Part shown: piece after piece, positions 18,982 to 28,902 of the stretch
Position numbering within the stretch: the stretch's first letter is position 1
Layout: each line of letters starts with the position of its first letter
From: a virus
Taxonomy: Duplodnaviria; Caudoviricetes
Length of the DNA: 47,071 nucleotides
Virus record (IMG/VR): IMGVR_UViG_3300009788_000146
Location: 1-47,071 of that record
Direction: 5' to 3' (one strand)
Position numbers and translations under genes: made by a program
Notes under the pieces: model-generated
Told to the model about the DNA's origin: nothing
Databases searched by the model: none
The model's input: the letters and a program-made list of their open reading frames with translations, nothing else

Positions 18982-21900
18982 ATGGGTAAACTACTGGAGA
19001 CGTTCAAGGCAGAGCAACTGTCTAAGGAACAAGAGTCCGGAAGTCTTATCGAAAAGTTTAATCAAGAGCGCCCTCAGTTTGCTATTACAGCTGAGGAGCC
19101 TGAATTGTCAGTAATGGAACGTGTACAGAGTGATGCGAATGCCCTTGTTCAAGGGGCGTCTGCATTGCCTGTAGGTATGGCTGATATGCTGGCTTCGGCA
19201 GGAGCGGGTGTCACAGGTGCTGATGTACGTGAGGATATCCTCTATAAAGGTGCCAGGGCTATAGAAGAAGGATTGGAAAGTTTCTTCCCGACTGATCCTG
19301 AGGTGCCAGAATTTGAGACGTCAGTGGCTAGAGGTCTTGGGCAGATAGGTGCTCAAACTGCAGCAGCCTTTGCATCTGGCGGTACCTCTATGTTATCACA
19401 ATTCGCAAAAGTACCAGCAGCTTTGGGTATCCCAGGTATGGGAACCTCTGAAGCACTTCGAGATGCTGCGGCCAATAAGGCTACGCCCGAACAGATGCAG
19501 ACTGCTGGTGCTTGGGGAACTGTTGTAGGTCTAACCGAGTTCGTACCTGTCGGTAGACTTCTTAGCACTATGGATAAGGCCGCTCCTGGATTTAAACAAA
19601 AAGCTCTCAATGTACTGACAACCTCAGGGATGGAAGCTTTCCAGGAGTGGTTCCAAAGCGTAGGTCTAAATACCATTGCTAAACTGAACTATGACCAAGA
19701 ACGTGAATTGCTTGAAGGTGCTGGTGAAGCAGCTGGTGTCGGAGGTACAGTAGGCTTTATTGCATCTATAATTGCTACGACTATTGGCGCCGGTAAAGGC
19801 CGTGTTCGAGCTCCTGGCGCACCTGTTGAAGAAGGTGACCTTGCCCCTGAAACTGACGAAGATCTGGTTGATGATGAAGTAGGTTTGGAAGAAGAAATTC
19901 CAGCCGAACCTGTTAAGTTAACCCGTCAATTTCTCGCCAAGTTTGATGATGCCGTAGCGACTTGGGGCGGCGTGGAAAATATTCCAGAAGACCATCCACT
20001 CTTTGAAGATTACTCTATCGAACAAATCCAAGCAGCAGCTGCTCAGGAAGCTCAAGCACCTAATGTTGCAGCTATTCCTGATAGCATGAAACTTGCTGTG
20101 CAGAAAAAGGTAGTTGATCTAGGGAGCTTAGAAGCTGTTGAAAAACTTTACAGTACGGATAGTGCCATTGATACATATGGGCGTCAACTGGCTCAGGAAC
20201 ATTATGGCCCAGGGAAAGATGCCCCTATTGAACCGACTCCAGAAGGAGTTCAGACAGCAAAGGAAATGGACGAGGTTACAGTCGCTCCGGAAGCAGAGCC
20301 CGTTATCGAGGCAGAACCTGCACCTGCGAAGGAGCCAAAAGTAGTCCTTACTTCTGAGGAAGATGAAATTGCCTTACTTGAGGAATTAATCCCTAAGGCT
20401 ACCAAGGCTCAGAAGCCTTTGCTAGAGAAGCGTCTGGCAGAATTGAAACAGCCCCTTCCGTTAAAAATTGACGGTAGAGACATTCGCACCTTTGGATCAA
20501 CAGAAGCAGCTGAGGAAGACTTTACGTTGAACCCTCGGAGCTTTACATCTGTTGAGCAAGCGCAGAAGTTTGCTGCTAGTAAAGCGGCCGACTTGGAAGT
20601 TATCCAGGTAGGGAAGAAGTTCAGGGTTGGTAAAGAAACTGTGATTGATTTCGAGGGAATGGAAGCAGCGCAGCGTATAGACTTTACCGAGGAAGATCCT
20701 GCTCTTGGCTATGTGCCTGCTGCAGAGGTTGAGATTATTAAGGTCACACAACCCTTCAAGAAACTTGGAGATGCTTATGTTGCCCCTATTGATGATACTC
20801 GCTCTGTCGCTATTGTCAAAGAGGGCAAGCAATACGTTGCCTATCTTGGTACTGCTGAAGAAATCCAACTAGGCATTGCTGAAGATATTGGCGCCTACGG
20901 TTCATTACCCAAAGCTCGTAAGGCTCTAGGTGAGAAGACCAAGGTTACGAAAAAGCAAGGTGTCACCTTCGAAGAGATGAAAGAAGGCTTGGAAGCTGAG
21001 CTTGAGAAGACCCGTCAGGAGAAACTCGCTAAGCTTATCTCAGAACAGGAAGCTGATCAGGAGGAAGAACATGCTTTTAATGAAACCCAGGAAGCAGAAA
21101 GCTTGGATGAATGGGATGATACCGATCAGGAGTACTATGCCGAACGTACACTCGACGATACAGCGAGAGACTTACTCACTATCTTTAGTGATCAGAGAGG
21201 GGCAATTGATCCTGAATCCGATGCATCTATCACTGCTGCCCGAAGACGAATTGCAGGAGATACTAAACGACTTCTAGCATTGACCATGAAGGTTAAGTCT
21301 CGCCTTACAAAGTACCCCTCTGAAGAACATATCAGAGAGGATGGTTCTATTCGGAACTTCGAAGATGATGGACGCGTAGTTGAGTCTATGTGGAGGAAGT
21401 TGGGTAAGATTCTTGATAGTCAAGGTGGCTTTATCGCAGGTGAGGAATCTCCAGTACTTGCCAAAGGTCGGGCATTAGTCAAAGAGTTCTTTGTTAGGTA
21501 CAATCGCCTACTTGGTAGTCTGAAGAAAATTGCTAAGTCTATTAAGGGTATTGCTCTTCTCAGCAACCGTAGACCCGGTGGAAAGTACACCGATGCAGAT
21601 CAGAATTACATGTGGGAGACTCTCACTCATGGCATGAAGCAGCTCAGCAAGAGTATGCGTGTGGATGCTAGAGGTGAGGTAGATACCTACATCAAGGATA
21701 TGGAAGCCTCTAATCGCATTGTCCCTACGCAGAAGAAAGGGGATACCGCAGTACCTAAGCGGCAACGTCCTTGGATTAAAGAGTTGGTACCTCCTGAGAT
21801 GATGGAAGGTGTTGAGGATCTAGATGCGCAGATGAAGCAAGGGCGTAGTCCTAGTTATGTTTTAGGTTCTATCTTCAGCACAGATAATAACCCCGTAGTA

Positions 21901-23667
21901 GATTCCTTCGAAGCTCTTATGAGTTTCACTAATAACTTCGCCAACGCACGTACTTGGAAGGCGAGTGTTCTAGACGGGATTACATCATCTCAGAAGATTC
22001 TGGAGGAGCGTCTCGATCCTCTGTATAACGAGATTAAGCCTTTGATCATAGCGCGGAACAAGAACGTGCGTAGGGTTAAGAACTTGAAAGCCAAACTGGA
22101 TGCGACAAAAGGGGAGTCCCAACGTCGTGATGTATGGAATCAGTGGATGAATGAGAAGAAGAAATTGAAGAAGCGTATCAAGCGAGTTAAGGAAGAACTC
22201 ACTATGCGTTATGACAGTGTGATTCATGAACTAGCTAAGGATCATGCAGATATTCGAATCACTCTGCAGATCGCAGGAGAGTTGCCAGCAGGTGTCACAC
22301 TGTCTGAGAATGAGCTTGAACGAGCTGGATTGATTCAAGACTATCTCGCACAAACTGGCCAAGACCTCAAGCGTGTAGGTATTCCTATTATCGAAGGCAG
22401 GGAATATATGCACAGGATTCTACCTGATCTCCTGAATGATCCTGATGCTGAGGGTTTCTCAAAGAATAGTAACATTCCTTTGATCATGAAGTTCAGGCAT
22501 CAACAAGAAGATGGACGTCTATGGTATCCATCTATTCATATGATCCTGGATAGTTATGTTCCTTTGGTTGAGCGTAAAGTGGCATTCCAACCGTTCTTGA
22601 ATCGGTGGAAAGAGTTTGTTGATCAGCTGCCGCCAGAAGCTCATAAGTATATGACAGACTGGATCGGGGCCAACTTGACTTCCAAGCCTCTGACTGCCTT
22701 TGATAAGGTCGTGAACAATGTCGTGATGTTTGAGTACATGCGTCTGATCGGTGGTAGCCTGTCAGTTGCTTTCAAGCACTCTACAAAGATGGCCGATACA
22801 TTGGCTCGCTTCGACCCCGCTATCAATGCCAAAGCTCTGAACGCCACCAACAAGGCAGTCCTTCAAGGGATGGCGCAGAAGCTAGGTTGGAAAGGCAGGA
22901 CAAGTGAATACCGAATGATGAGAGCTTTCATCAACCAGCAGGCTATGGTTAAGATGATGGATGAAACTCCGATGATGACTTCGGTAGGCCAGAACTTTAA
23001 GACGCTATTAGGTGCCCCGACTATGGCTGTCGAGTTCTTTGATAACGGTGTTAGTATCTTTGCCACTATGATCGCAGCTCAGAGTAATAAGCAGTTGAAG
23101 CCGCGAGATGCTTCGCGTATTATCTGGGAGACAGTCCTAGCTGCTAACTTCCGAGGGCAATGGGATCAACCTTTGATCTTTAAAAGACCTGGTATTCGAG
23201 CGCTGGCCATGTTCCAGATGACTCCGCACAAACTATTTGAATACAGGTTTGACATTCTGAAGAAGGCAGTATCAGGGGAAGTGGATACCTTTGGAACTCC
23301 CTTTGGGACTATCCTACTGCGGTATCTCATGATGATGGGATTAGCAGAAGCTGTTGCACGTCTGTCAGGAAACACTCTGATTGACCTGATTACTCACACG
23401 CCATACGTGAGTCACTGGGTAGACGCGACTAAGAAAGACCCGTATTATCATCTGAAGCAGCCTAACTTTGCCCCAAGCCCCTTATTACAATGGGGAGTTG
23501 AGATGGGCGACAAGGGGATACTGACAGGTACTAAGGCTCACGTAGATTACTTCGGGCAGTTCAGCAAGACCTACTCATTGTTCGAAGGTGAGTATCCGAA
23601 GAACTATTACAACAGCCCAGTTACCCACCAATTCGGTATTAAGAAAGTGGGCGGCGGAAAGCATTAG
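18982..23667 (+). CDS. Large internal virion / DNA ejection protein C, 1561 aa
   Basis: Largest ORF. Gly/Ala hydrophobic N-domain, acidic linker, helical C-domain. Last structural gene. Confidence 0.7.
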   Translation: MGKLLETFKAEQLSKEQESGSLIEKFNQERPQFAITAEEPELSVMERVQSDANALVQGASALPVGMADMLASAGAGVTGADVREDILYKGARAIEEGLESFFPTDPEVPEFETSVARGLGQIGAQTAAAFASGGTSMLSQFAKVPAALGIPGMGTSEALRDAAANKATPEQMQTAGAWGTVVGLTEFVPVGRLLSTMDKAAPGFKQKALNVLTTSGMEAFQEWFQSVGLNTIAKLNYDQERELLEGAGEAAGVGGTVGFIASIIATTIGAGKGRVRAPGAPVEEGDLAPETDEDLVDDEVGLEEEIPAEPVKLTRQFLAKFDDAVATWGGVENIPEDHPLFEDYSIEQIQAAAAQEAQAPNVAAIPDSMKLAVQKKVVDLGSLEAVEKLYSTDSAIDTYGRQLAQEHYGPGKDAPIEPTPEGVQTAKEMDEVTVAPEAEPVIEAEPAPAKEPKVVLTSEEDEIALLEELIPKATKAQKPLLEKRLAELKQPLPLKIDGRDIRTFGSTEAAEEDFTLNPRSFTSVEQAQKFAASKAADLEVIQVGKKFRVGKETVIDFEGMEAAQRIDFTEEDPALGYVPAAEVEIIKVTQPFKKLGDAYVAPIDDTRSVAIVKEGKQYVAYLGTAEEIQLGIAEDIGAYGSLPKARKALGEKTKVTKKQGVTFEEMKEGLEAELEKTRQEKLAKLISEQEADQEEEHAFNETQEAESLDEWDDTDQEYYAERTLDDTARDLLTIFSDQRGAIDPESDASITAARRRIAGDTKRLLALTMKVKSRLTKYPSEEHIREDGSIRNFEDDGRVVESMWRKLGKILDSQGGFIAGEESPVLAKGRALVKEFFVRYNRLLGSLKKIAKSIKGIALLSNRRPGGKYTDADQNYMWETLTHGMKQLSKSMRVDARGEVDTYIKDMEASNRIVPTQKKGDTAVPKRQRPWIKELVPPEMMEGVEDLDAQMKQGRSPSYVLGSIFSTDNNPVVDSFEALMSFTNNFANARTWKASVLDGITSSQKILEERLDPLYNEIKPLIIARNKNVRRVKNLKAKLDATKGESQRRDVWNQWMNEKKKLKKRIKRVKEELTMRYDSVIHELAKDHADIRITLQIAGELPAGVTLSENELERAGLIQDYLAQTGQDLKRVGIPIIEGREYMHRILPDLLNDPDAEGFSKNSNIPLIMKFRHQQEDGRLWYPSIHMILDSYVPLVERKVAFQPFLNRWKEFVDQLPPEAHKYMTDWIGANLTSKPLTAFDKVVNNVVMFEYMRLIGGSLSVAFKHSTKMADTLARFDPAINAKALNATNKAVLQGMAQKLGWKGRTSEYRMMRAFINQQAMVKMMDETPMMTSVGQNFKTLLGAPTMAVEFFDNGVSIFATMIAAQSNKQLKPRDASRIIWETVLAANFRGQWDQPLIFKRPGIRALAMFQMTPHKLFEYRFDILKKAVSGEVDTFGTPFGTILLRYLMMMGLAEAVARLSGNTLIDLITHTPYVSHWVDATKKDPYYHLKQPNFAPSPLLQWGVEMGDKGILTGTKAHVDYFGQFSKTYSLFEGEYPKNYYNSPVTHQFGIKKVGGGKH

Positions 23668-23669
23668 TC

Positions 23670-24179
23670 ATGAAGTGGATTGTTTCTCTATTTGTTATCG
23701 GGGTGCTAACATGCGCCCCAGTGCTTTTGCACAGTTTCGAAAACATCGTACTAAGCGAGGAAGATATTATGGGAAGGTCAGACGAACAGTGGGAGTTTAC
23801 AAAGGATATTGCAAAGCTAATTATATTCGCAGAGGCTCGCGGATACAAGTTGACAATGGGCGAAGCTTATCGTCCTCAAGCTATGCAGTATCTGTATTTT
23901 TATGGAAAGAATCTTACCAATAGACTGGGAGAAGTTAAAGTAATCAAAGGGCCTGTTCGTTCGAAGACCTTAGATTCCTGCCACGGTAAACGAATGGCTC
24001 AGGATTTTAATATCTTCTATGACATTGACGGAGATGGCGATAAAGATTACTTGGGCTCTGATGCAGATAAGACAGTTGCTCAAGAACTAGGAGATTTCTG
24101 GGCTTCCTTGCATCCTCTGAATAGGTCAGGGTTTGACTGGGGCTGGGACTTAGGGCACTTTGAAAGGACACTGGCATGA
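23670..24179 (+). CDS. Endolysin, peptidase M15 family, with N-terminal signal/anchor
   Basis: GEAYR, S-x-H-x-x-x-x-A-x-D and D-x-x-HFE zinc-peptidase motifs. Hydrophobic first 21 aa. Confidence 0.85.
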   Translation: MKWIVSLFVIGVLTCAPVLLHSFENIVLSEEDIMGRSDEQWEFTKDIAKLIIFAEARGYKLTMGEAYRPQAMQYLYFYGKNLTNRLGEVKVIKGPVRSKTLDSCHGKRMAQDFNIFYDIDGDGDKDYLGSDADKTVAQELGDFWASLHPLNRSGFDWGWDLGHFERTLA

Positions 24180-24310
24180 AACTATTGATGTGGTTGACTC
24201 TATTGATTCTTCTCACGAGTTGTGCAACAGTTAAGAAAGCAGCTATCATTGGCTGGACAGCTGTGGAAGTGGTAGACATTCTCATTGACGATGAACCTGA
24301 AGAAGAATAA
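24176..24310 (+). CDS. 44-aa lipoprotein (MKLLMWLTLLILLTSC...), not in ORF track
   Basis: Hand-translated. ATGA overlap with the endolysin stop and an LTSC lipobox. Confidence 0.75.
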   Translation: MKLLMWLTLLILLTSCATVKKAAIIGWTAVEVVDILIDDEPEEE

Positions 24311-24350
24311 AAAATAGCCCCCAACCAATTAAGGAAGGGGGCTTTCCTTT
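24309..24350. terminator. Bidirectional intrinsic terminator between the converging arms
   Basis: AGCCCCC/GGGGGCT stem with an A-tract on the left and a T-rich tract on the right. Confidence 0.8.
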
Positions 24351-24370
24351 GATTAAATTTTAACCGAAGG
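24346..24370. promoter_or_regulatory. 25-bp palindromic motif, copy 6
   Basis: CCTTTGATTAAATTTTAACCGAAGG. Confidence 0.85.
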
Positions 24371-24372
24371 AA

Positions 24373-24960
24373 TCAATTATACTTCTTCACTGATCCAGTA
24401 CCTGGAAGACCTGAGATAGATGCTACGGGATTTGGATCGGCCTTGACCTCCGTAGCTGCCGGTTTAGCCTCAGCTGCTTTCGGTACACTTGGATTAGCTT
24501 CCCCACCTGCACTTCCATGTTCATCACACTTGTGCGCACAGGAATCAGGTGTATTATCTGCTTTTGCAGTTCCTGCAGACTCGGTAGTGGCTGCGGCCTT
24601 CTCTGTATCAGAGACAGGAGTACCGACAACCTTCTCTGGTTCAGACTTCTCATTCCCAGTATCCCCAGATTTCTCTGACTCATCCTTAAAGCCTCCCGTG
24701 AAGTTCTTAAACTCGGCCTCAGATACCACATCCAGATTACCATTCTCGAACTGGATAATCATATCACTTTCCTTGATACGTTTATACTGCCCGTTAGGCA
24801 GCAGCAGTACAGGGAAAGCCATAGTCCGATAGTCGACTTGCACAAGCAAATCGGCACAAGCATCCCGTTCCTTGGGCGGAGTTTGCGAAGCCTTTCTGTA
24901 TGCCGCTTTACTGAATGCGACGACAGTGACTTCTTGTTCTGCGATCTTAAAGTTGCTCAT
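24373..24960 (-). CDS. Hypothetical protein with disordered C-terminal half (likely start MSNFKIAE)
   Basis: AAGGAG upstream of 24960. Confidence 0.7.
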   Translation of the reverse strand: MSNFKIAEQEVTVVAFSKAAYRKASQTPPKERDACADLLVQVDYRTMAFPVLLLPNGQYKRIKESDMIIQFENGNLDVVSEAEFKNFTGGFKDESEKSGDTGNEKSEPEKVVGTPVSDTEKAAATTESAGTAKADNTPDSCAHKCDEHGSAGGEANPSVPKAAEAKPAATEVKADPNPVASISGLPGTGSVKKYN

Positions 24961-25207
24961 CGTTCTCTTGCTCCTTTTCCTCAGCAATGAAATACTCTGC
25001 GGCCATACCAGGTGCAGGTCCACAAGTTTCCCATTTAAGATTTCTAGCCGCTGCTATCTCTTTCCAAACAGGCTTGCACCGTTCTTCAGCAGGGACTAGA
25101 GGTCGATTAAATCTGTCAAGAATAACAGGATCATGTAAAGCACTAGTCAGCTTTATTATCTCCTGCTCCGTCAGTTTGTACACCTTCTGTTCCGCTTGCT
25201 CCGTCAT
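24947..25207 (-). CDS. Hypothetical protein (likely start MTEQAEQ)
   Basis: ORF track. Overlaps both neighbours. Confidence 0.6.
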   Translation of the reverse strand: MTEQAEQKVYKLTEQEIIKLTSALHDPVILDRFNRPLVPAEERCKPVWKEIAAARNLKWETCGPAPGMAAEYFIAEEKEQENDEQL

Positions 25208-26441
25208 GAGAAACCCCTGTCGATGGTGGCAGACTACTTGTGTCCGCCGATTGGTTAGCATCGTGTGCAGGTAAGTACTTAAGTCCTGGCTCTCCGTCTA
25301 TCTTAAGGGGCTTGGCAAACTTCATAGCTACCAAGGTATCGATCGCCCCTTTGAGAGTCTGCTTATCAGCATCGAAGTAGAACATCTTCTGCAAGTCTGA
25401 GACAAGGATAGTCTTCCGATGCGCAACTTCACTCATGATACGTGTGATGATGTCAGCGTTGTCAGACTTACCGACGCCACTAAAGGTCTGTGGCATTCGT
25501 TGCTCGGTGAACTCCAGAATACTGATAGCCCTTTCTAAATCTTCGCCAGTCAGGATCATGTCACTAGAGTGGCTGACGTTGACGACCATAGTCAGCTTCA
25601 TCACATGATTGCCTCGCCTCTCTATATAGCCAGCAAAGCGGTGATCTTGAAAAGGTGGGTTGTTGTCCTGAGCTAGATACCACTCAGTCCACTTAGCCAC
25701 AAAGGACTTAGTTACGTTGAAGGTTCCTCGTAAGCAATGTATCCTATCAAGGTCAGCCCTGAGTTTCTCCCGTAGTTCCAGATCAGAATCTGATAGGAAC
25801 GGATCAGGGATCGACTTACCTTTGTTAGGCTCGTAGACGAAAATCATCCGCGAAGTTAAACCACCTCCGATAGCATCCAGAGGTAATGTTGTCCTGATTA
25901 GCTCAGGTGTAGTGGCTCCGAAGAGGGAGACGTATACTCCATCTATTACATCGGTGCCCATATTTTTAGTTCGGTATGTCCACTTGCGCCTGCAGTCATA
26001 CCAGTCCGTGATGTCGGACATTAACTGGAAGTTATTATAGCCGAGGAAGACTGTGAGTTCGGGAGCGAAGATTGTCAAAGAACTATGGAACTGTAGATTT
26101 CCCGGAGCTATCTCGACGTTGTCTGTAGTCTCGCTAAGTGTTCTGATGAGGGCTTCCCTGGTGATAGACTCAGCTGCGAGGTGCACACTGTCCATATCCA
26201 ATAGGAAATCCTCAGCGAAGCTCATTGCAGTTCCCTTACGACATTTACCTGAAGGGCCAACGAGCACTACATACATATTAGGATAGAAAGTTAAAGGTCC
26301 CCATTCTAGGAATACCTTCCGCTGCATTACAGCACTCAATATGCTGATAGCAGTCCAGAGTTTATAGGATGCCGGAGGCTCAGAGTTGCTAGTGTACTCC
26401 AGGAAGCCATCGATCCAATCGGGTATTAGTCTTCCTGACAT
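25143..26441 (-). CDS. DUF3987-like P-loop protein (replication helicase-like)
   Basis: SEPP-x-x-Y-x-x-W, YPNMYVVLVGPSG-x-x-RK, GATTP, GGGLTSR. Adjacent to the DNA polymerase. Confidence 0.75.
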   Translation of the reverse strand: MSGRLIPDWIDGFLEYTSNSEPPASYKLWTAISILSAVMQRKVFLEWGPLTFYPNMYVVLVGPSGKCRKGTAMSFAEDFLLDMDSVHLAAESITREALIRTLSETTDNVEIAPGNLQFHSSLTIFAPELTVFLGYNNFQLMSDITDWYDCRRKWTYRTKNMGTDVIDGVYVSLFGATTPELIRTTLPLDAIGGGLTSRMIFVYEPNKGKSIPDPFLSDSDLELREKLRADLDRIHCLRGTFNVTKSFVAKWTEWYLAQDNNPPFQDHRFAGYIERRGNHVMKLTMVVNVSHSSDMILTGEDLERAISILEFTEQRMPQTFSGVGKSDNADIITRIMSEVAHRKTILVSDLQKMFYFDADKQTLKGAIDTLVAMKFAKPLKIDGEPGLKYLPAHDANQSADTSSLPPSTGVSHDGASGTEGVQTDGAGDNKAD

Positions 26442-28900
26442 AAGAGTTTATCCTCCGCTTCGCGCAATATGTAGTACTGTTTCTCAATCAGATCAGCAAG
26501 CCCCTGAACATCATCAGGAAATTGCTTGGCCTTGATATCATGGCCACGAGACTTATCTAGATTGAGTCCCATCATCAGATCGGCAGGGATGAAGAATTCG
26601 TACTGATGAATCTGCATCGTTTGTTCCAGCGAAGCTTTGATACTAAATAGCATCTCAGCCATCGCCTTCCAGCCAACCTTCAGAGGTATTTGAAAACCGA
26701 TAGAGTCATGAACCTGTGTCAGGAGTTCCAGGTGTCCATATAAATCCTGACGTTTGTAAATATGATCCATGCCCCACTCGTTAATAATATCACCGACAGT
26801 ACCCTGAGGAATACAAGCATAGGCATTCTTGAAAGTCTTGTCGTCTAACTTATCAAGAAACAACGTCTTGCGCCCAAAGGGATTAGTCAAGGTTCGGGAT
26901 TCCCGCAAGCAACGTTTGATCATAGCGTGGAAACCCTGCCTTACGCCGGGGTAGATTTTGTGGTACTTCTCGACGATGAACTTAGCTTGGCGTAATGCCA
27001 TCTCGTACAGCAGACTGAAACCTTGTGCAGAGAAGTCATAGTTCAGTCCGTGGTTTGAGCGCTTGCCCCAATCCCGTTCGGAGTGTTCTCCGTTACCCAG
27101 CGTAGAACTACCGGGTTCGTCAGAGACTTCACTGGCAGGCTTATCAAAGATCAAGCCACCAGTCATACTGTGCACGTCTTTCCATTCCTCAAAGGCTTTA
27201 ATCATCTGGTGGATCTTACCTAAGTAAGCAACGAAACGGTTCTCAGCTTGAGCCAAGTCAAAGGAGAAGTAGATATAGCCATCATCGCACTTGAGATACT
27301 TAAGCACGTGATGCGGCCAGTTCTGCATGTTCATGCCTGTGCCGAAGATGTTCTCGGAAGAACTGAGCCGACTCCAAGCTGTGCCCACAGGATTATAGGA
27401 ACAGCGGATACGTCCATCCTTGTCGTACTTATCAGGTTCCAGATAGTTAGATCGAACCTTACCCAGTTTACGTATAGCCTTAATCATGGACGCTTCTTTA
27501 ACGCCCTTAGCTGCGAGGCGAGACAGAGCTAGAGCATCCACTGAAATGTTCCCCGTAGAGCGGCTCTTATAAGGCTTGTGCCCTAACGAGCCGTAGAAAT
27601 ACTTTTGTAGTTGCGTGGAAGAATTAGGGTTCAATTCAAATCCTACGTAGGCTTGGAACGCTCGCGTCAGGTCTTCGATCTCCTTGGTCATTTCCGCAGC
27701 CACCCTGTTAATTCCTACCATGTCTGCTTTGATGCCTCTCTCCATCATGTACGTGAGAGGTTCGAGTAAAGCTACCTGACGTTTATAAGTTTCAATGTTA
27801 CCCTGATTCCGTAGTTCTTCCCACTGCTTAGGGAATGCTTCAGCTGTGATCATGGAGTCAGTACCGTTGTATGTCCAGAGTCGTGGCCAGTTACCGCCTT
27901 CAAAATACTTCTTTCCGTCATCCTTGTAATAGGGATGAGTTGTCCACATGCTAGTGATGAAGTCCAAGCCCCGAGGGAACTCGTGCATAATGATCTGTTG
28001 GGCGACCATAGTATCATCAATGTTCTTGGTGAGGATTTTGTTCTTCCGCATCAAGAAGGCAGAGTCGAAAATTAGATTCTGACCACGCTTCTTAATCTTT
28101 ACTTCCTGTAAAATCTTGGCAAAGGCTCTCCAGATTTCTATCTCTTGATCAATAGTGAAATAATCCCCAGCACCATGGACAAACGGGATTGACATAACTT
28201 CCCATGAGTTTGAGGTGATGGAGAAACAGGATACTTGTTCATACCTACACTCGATATCGTAGTCAACGGTATAGCCCTTCAACCCATCTTGATAACATTT
28301 CTCAAGCCATTCCATAGCTTCATGAAACGAAGGTTGAATCTTGATGTCGTAGTTCGAGGCCTGCCATTTTCCATCGACGTAATTCCTAGCCCGATTCAAA
28401 TCGAACTGAATTAGTATCTTGTTCAGGTATTGATTCTTCGGAGGTAGCACAGAGCCAGGATGCAGGATTGGTATAACTTTCCTACCCGGCAACAAGGTGC
28501 TTTCCAGAACAGACCCTCGCCATTTCTGTATGCCCACGCAGCCTGTTAAGGCGAACAGGGAAGCATTACCTATAGCGATGATCAAGCCAGTTGTATCCAG
28601 AAGTTCTTCATGCAGAATCTCTACGTACTTGTACCAATTCTGCTGAACTTTAACCTTACCTTTCTCATATACGAAATACTTATCGAGCTTCTGCTCTAGA
28701 TCTTTTATGACATTAGTAAGGTAACATTCTGAACGGATAATATTAGCCACATTCATGCACTCGAATAACAGCTTACCAGACATCCCAACAAATGGCTGAT
28801 TGGAAGTTACTTCCATCCTGCCAGGTTGATCCCCTACCACGATAAAGGGGGCATCGAGTTCTCCCGCAGGAGGGACATATGAGGCGCCGGTTATTCTCAT
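26426..28900 (-). CDS. polA: Family A DNA polymerase with N-terminal uracil-DNA-glycosylase-like domain and 3'-5' exonuclease
   Basis: UDG: GDQPG, PFVG-x-SGKLL, YLTNVIK, HP. Exo: DIE, NLIFD, YNGTD. Pol: motif A DLAQAE, motif B R-x-x-x-K-x-x-NHGLNY, motif C VHDS. Confidence 0.92.
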   Translation of the reverse strand: MRITGASYVPPAGELDAPFIVVGDQPGRMEVTSNQPFVGMSGKLLFECMNVANIIRSECYLTNVIKDLEQKLDKYFVYEKGKVKVQQNWYKYVEILHEELLDTTGLIIAIGNASLFALTGCVGIQKWRGSVLESTLLPGRKVIPILHPGSVLPPKNQYLNKILIQFDLNRARNYVDGKWQASNYDIKIQPSFHEAMEWLEKCYQDGLKGYTVDYDIECRYEQVSCFSITSNSWEVMSIPFVHGAGDYFTIDQEIEIWRAFAKILQEVKIKKRGQNLIFDSAFLMRKNKILTKNIDDTMVAQQIIMHEFPRGLDFITSMWTTHPYYKDDGKKYFEGGNWPRLWTYNGTDSMITAEAFPKQWEELRNQGNIETYKRQVALLEPLTYMMERGIKADMVGINRVAAEMTKEIEDLTRAFQAYVGFELNPNSSTQLQKYFYGSLGHKPYKSRSTGNISVDALALSRLAAKGVKEASMIKAIRKLGKVRSNYLEPDKYDKDGRIRCSYNPVGTAWSRLSSSENIFGTGMNMQNWPHHVLKYLKCDDGYIYFSFDLAQAENRFVAYLGKIHQMIKAFEEWKDVHSMTGGLIFDKPASEVSDEPGSSTLGNGEHSERDWGKRSNHGLNYDFSAQGFSLLYEMALRQAKFIVEKYHKIYPGVRQGFHAMIKRCLRESRTLTNPFGRKTLFLDKLDDKTFKNAYACIPQGTVGDIINEWGMDHIYKRQDLYGHLELLTQVHDSIGFQIPLKVGWKAMAEMLFSIKASLEQTMQIHQYEFFIPADLMMGLNLDKSRGHDIKAKQFPDDVQGLADLIEKQYYILREAEDKLLCQED

Positions 28901-28902
28901 GC

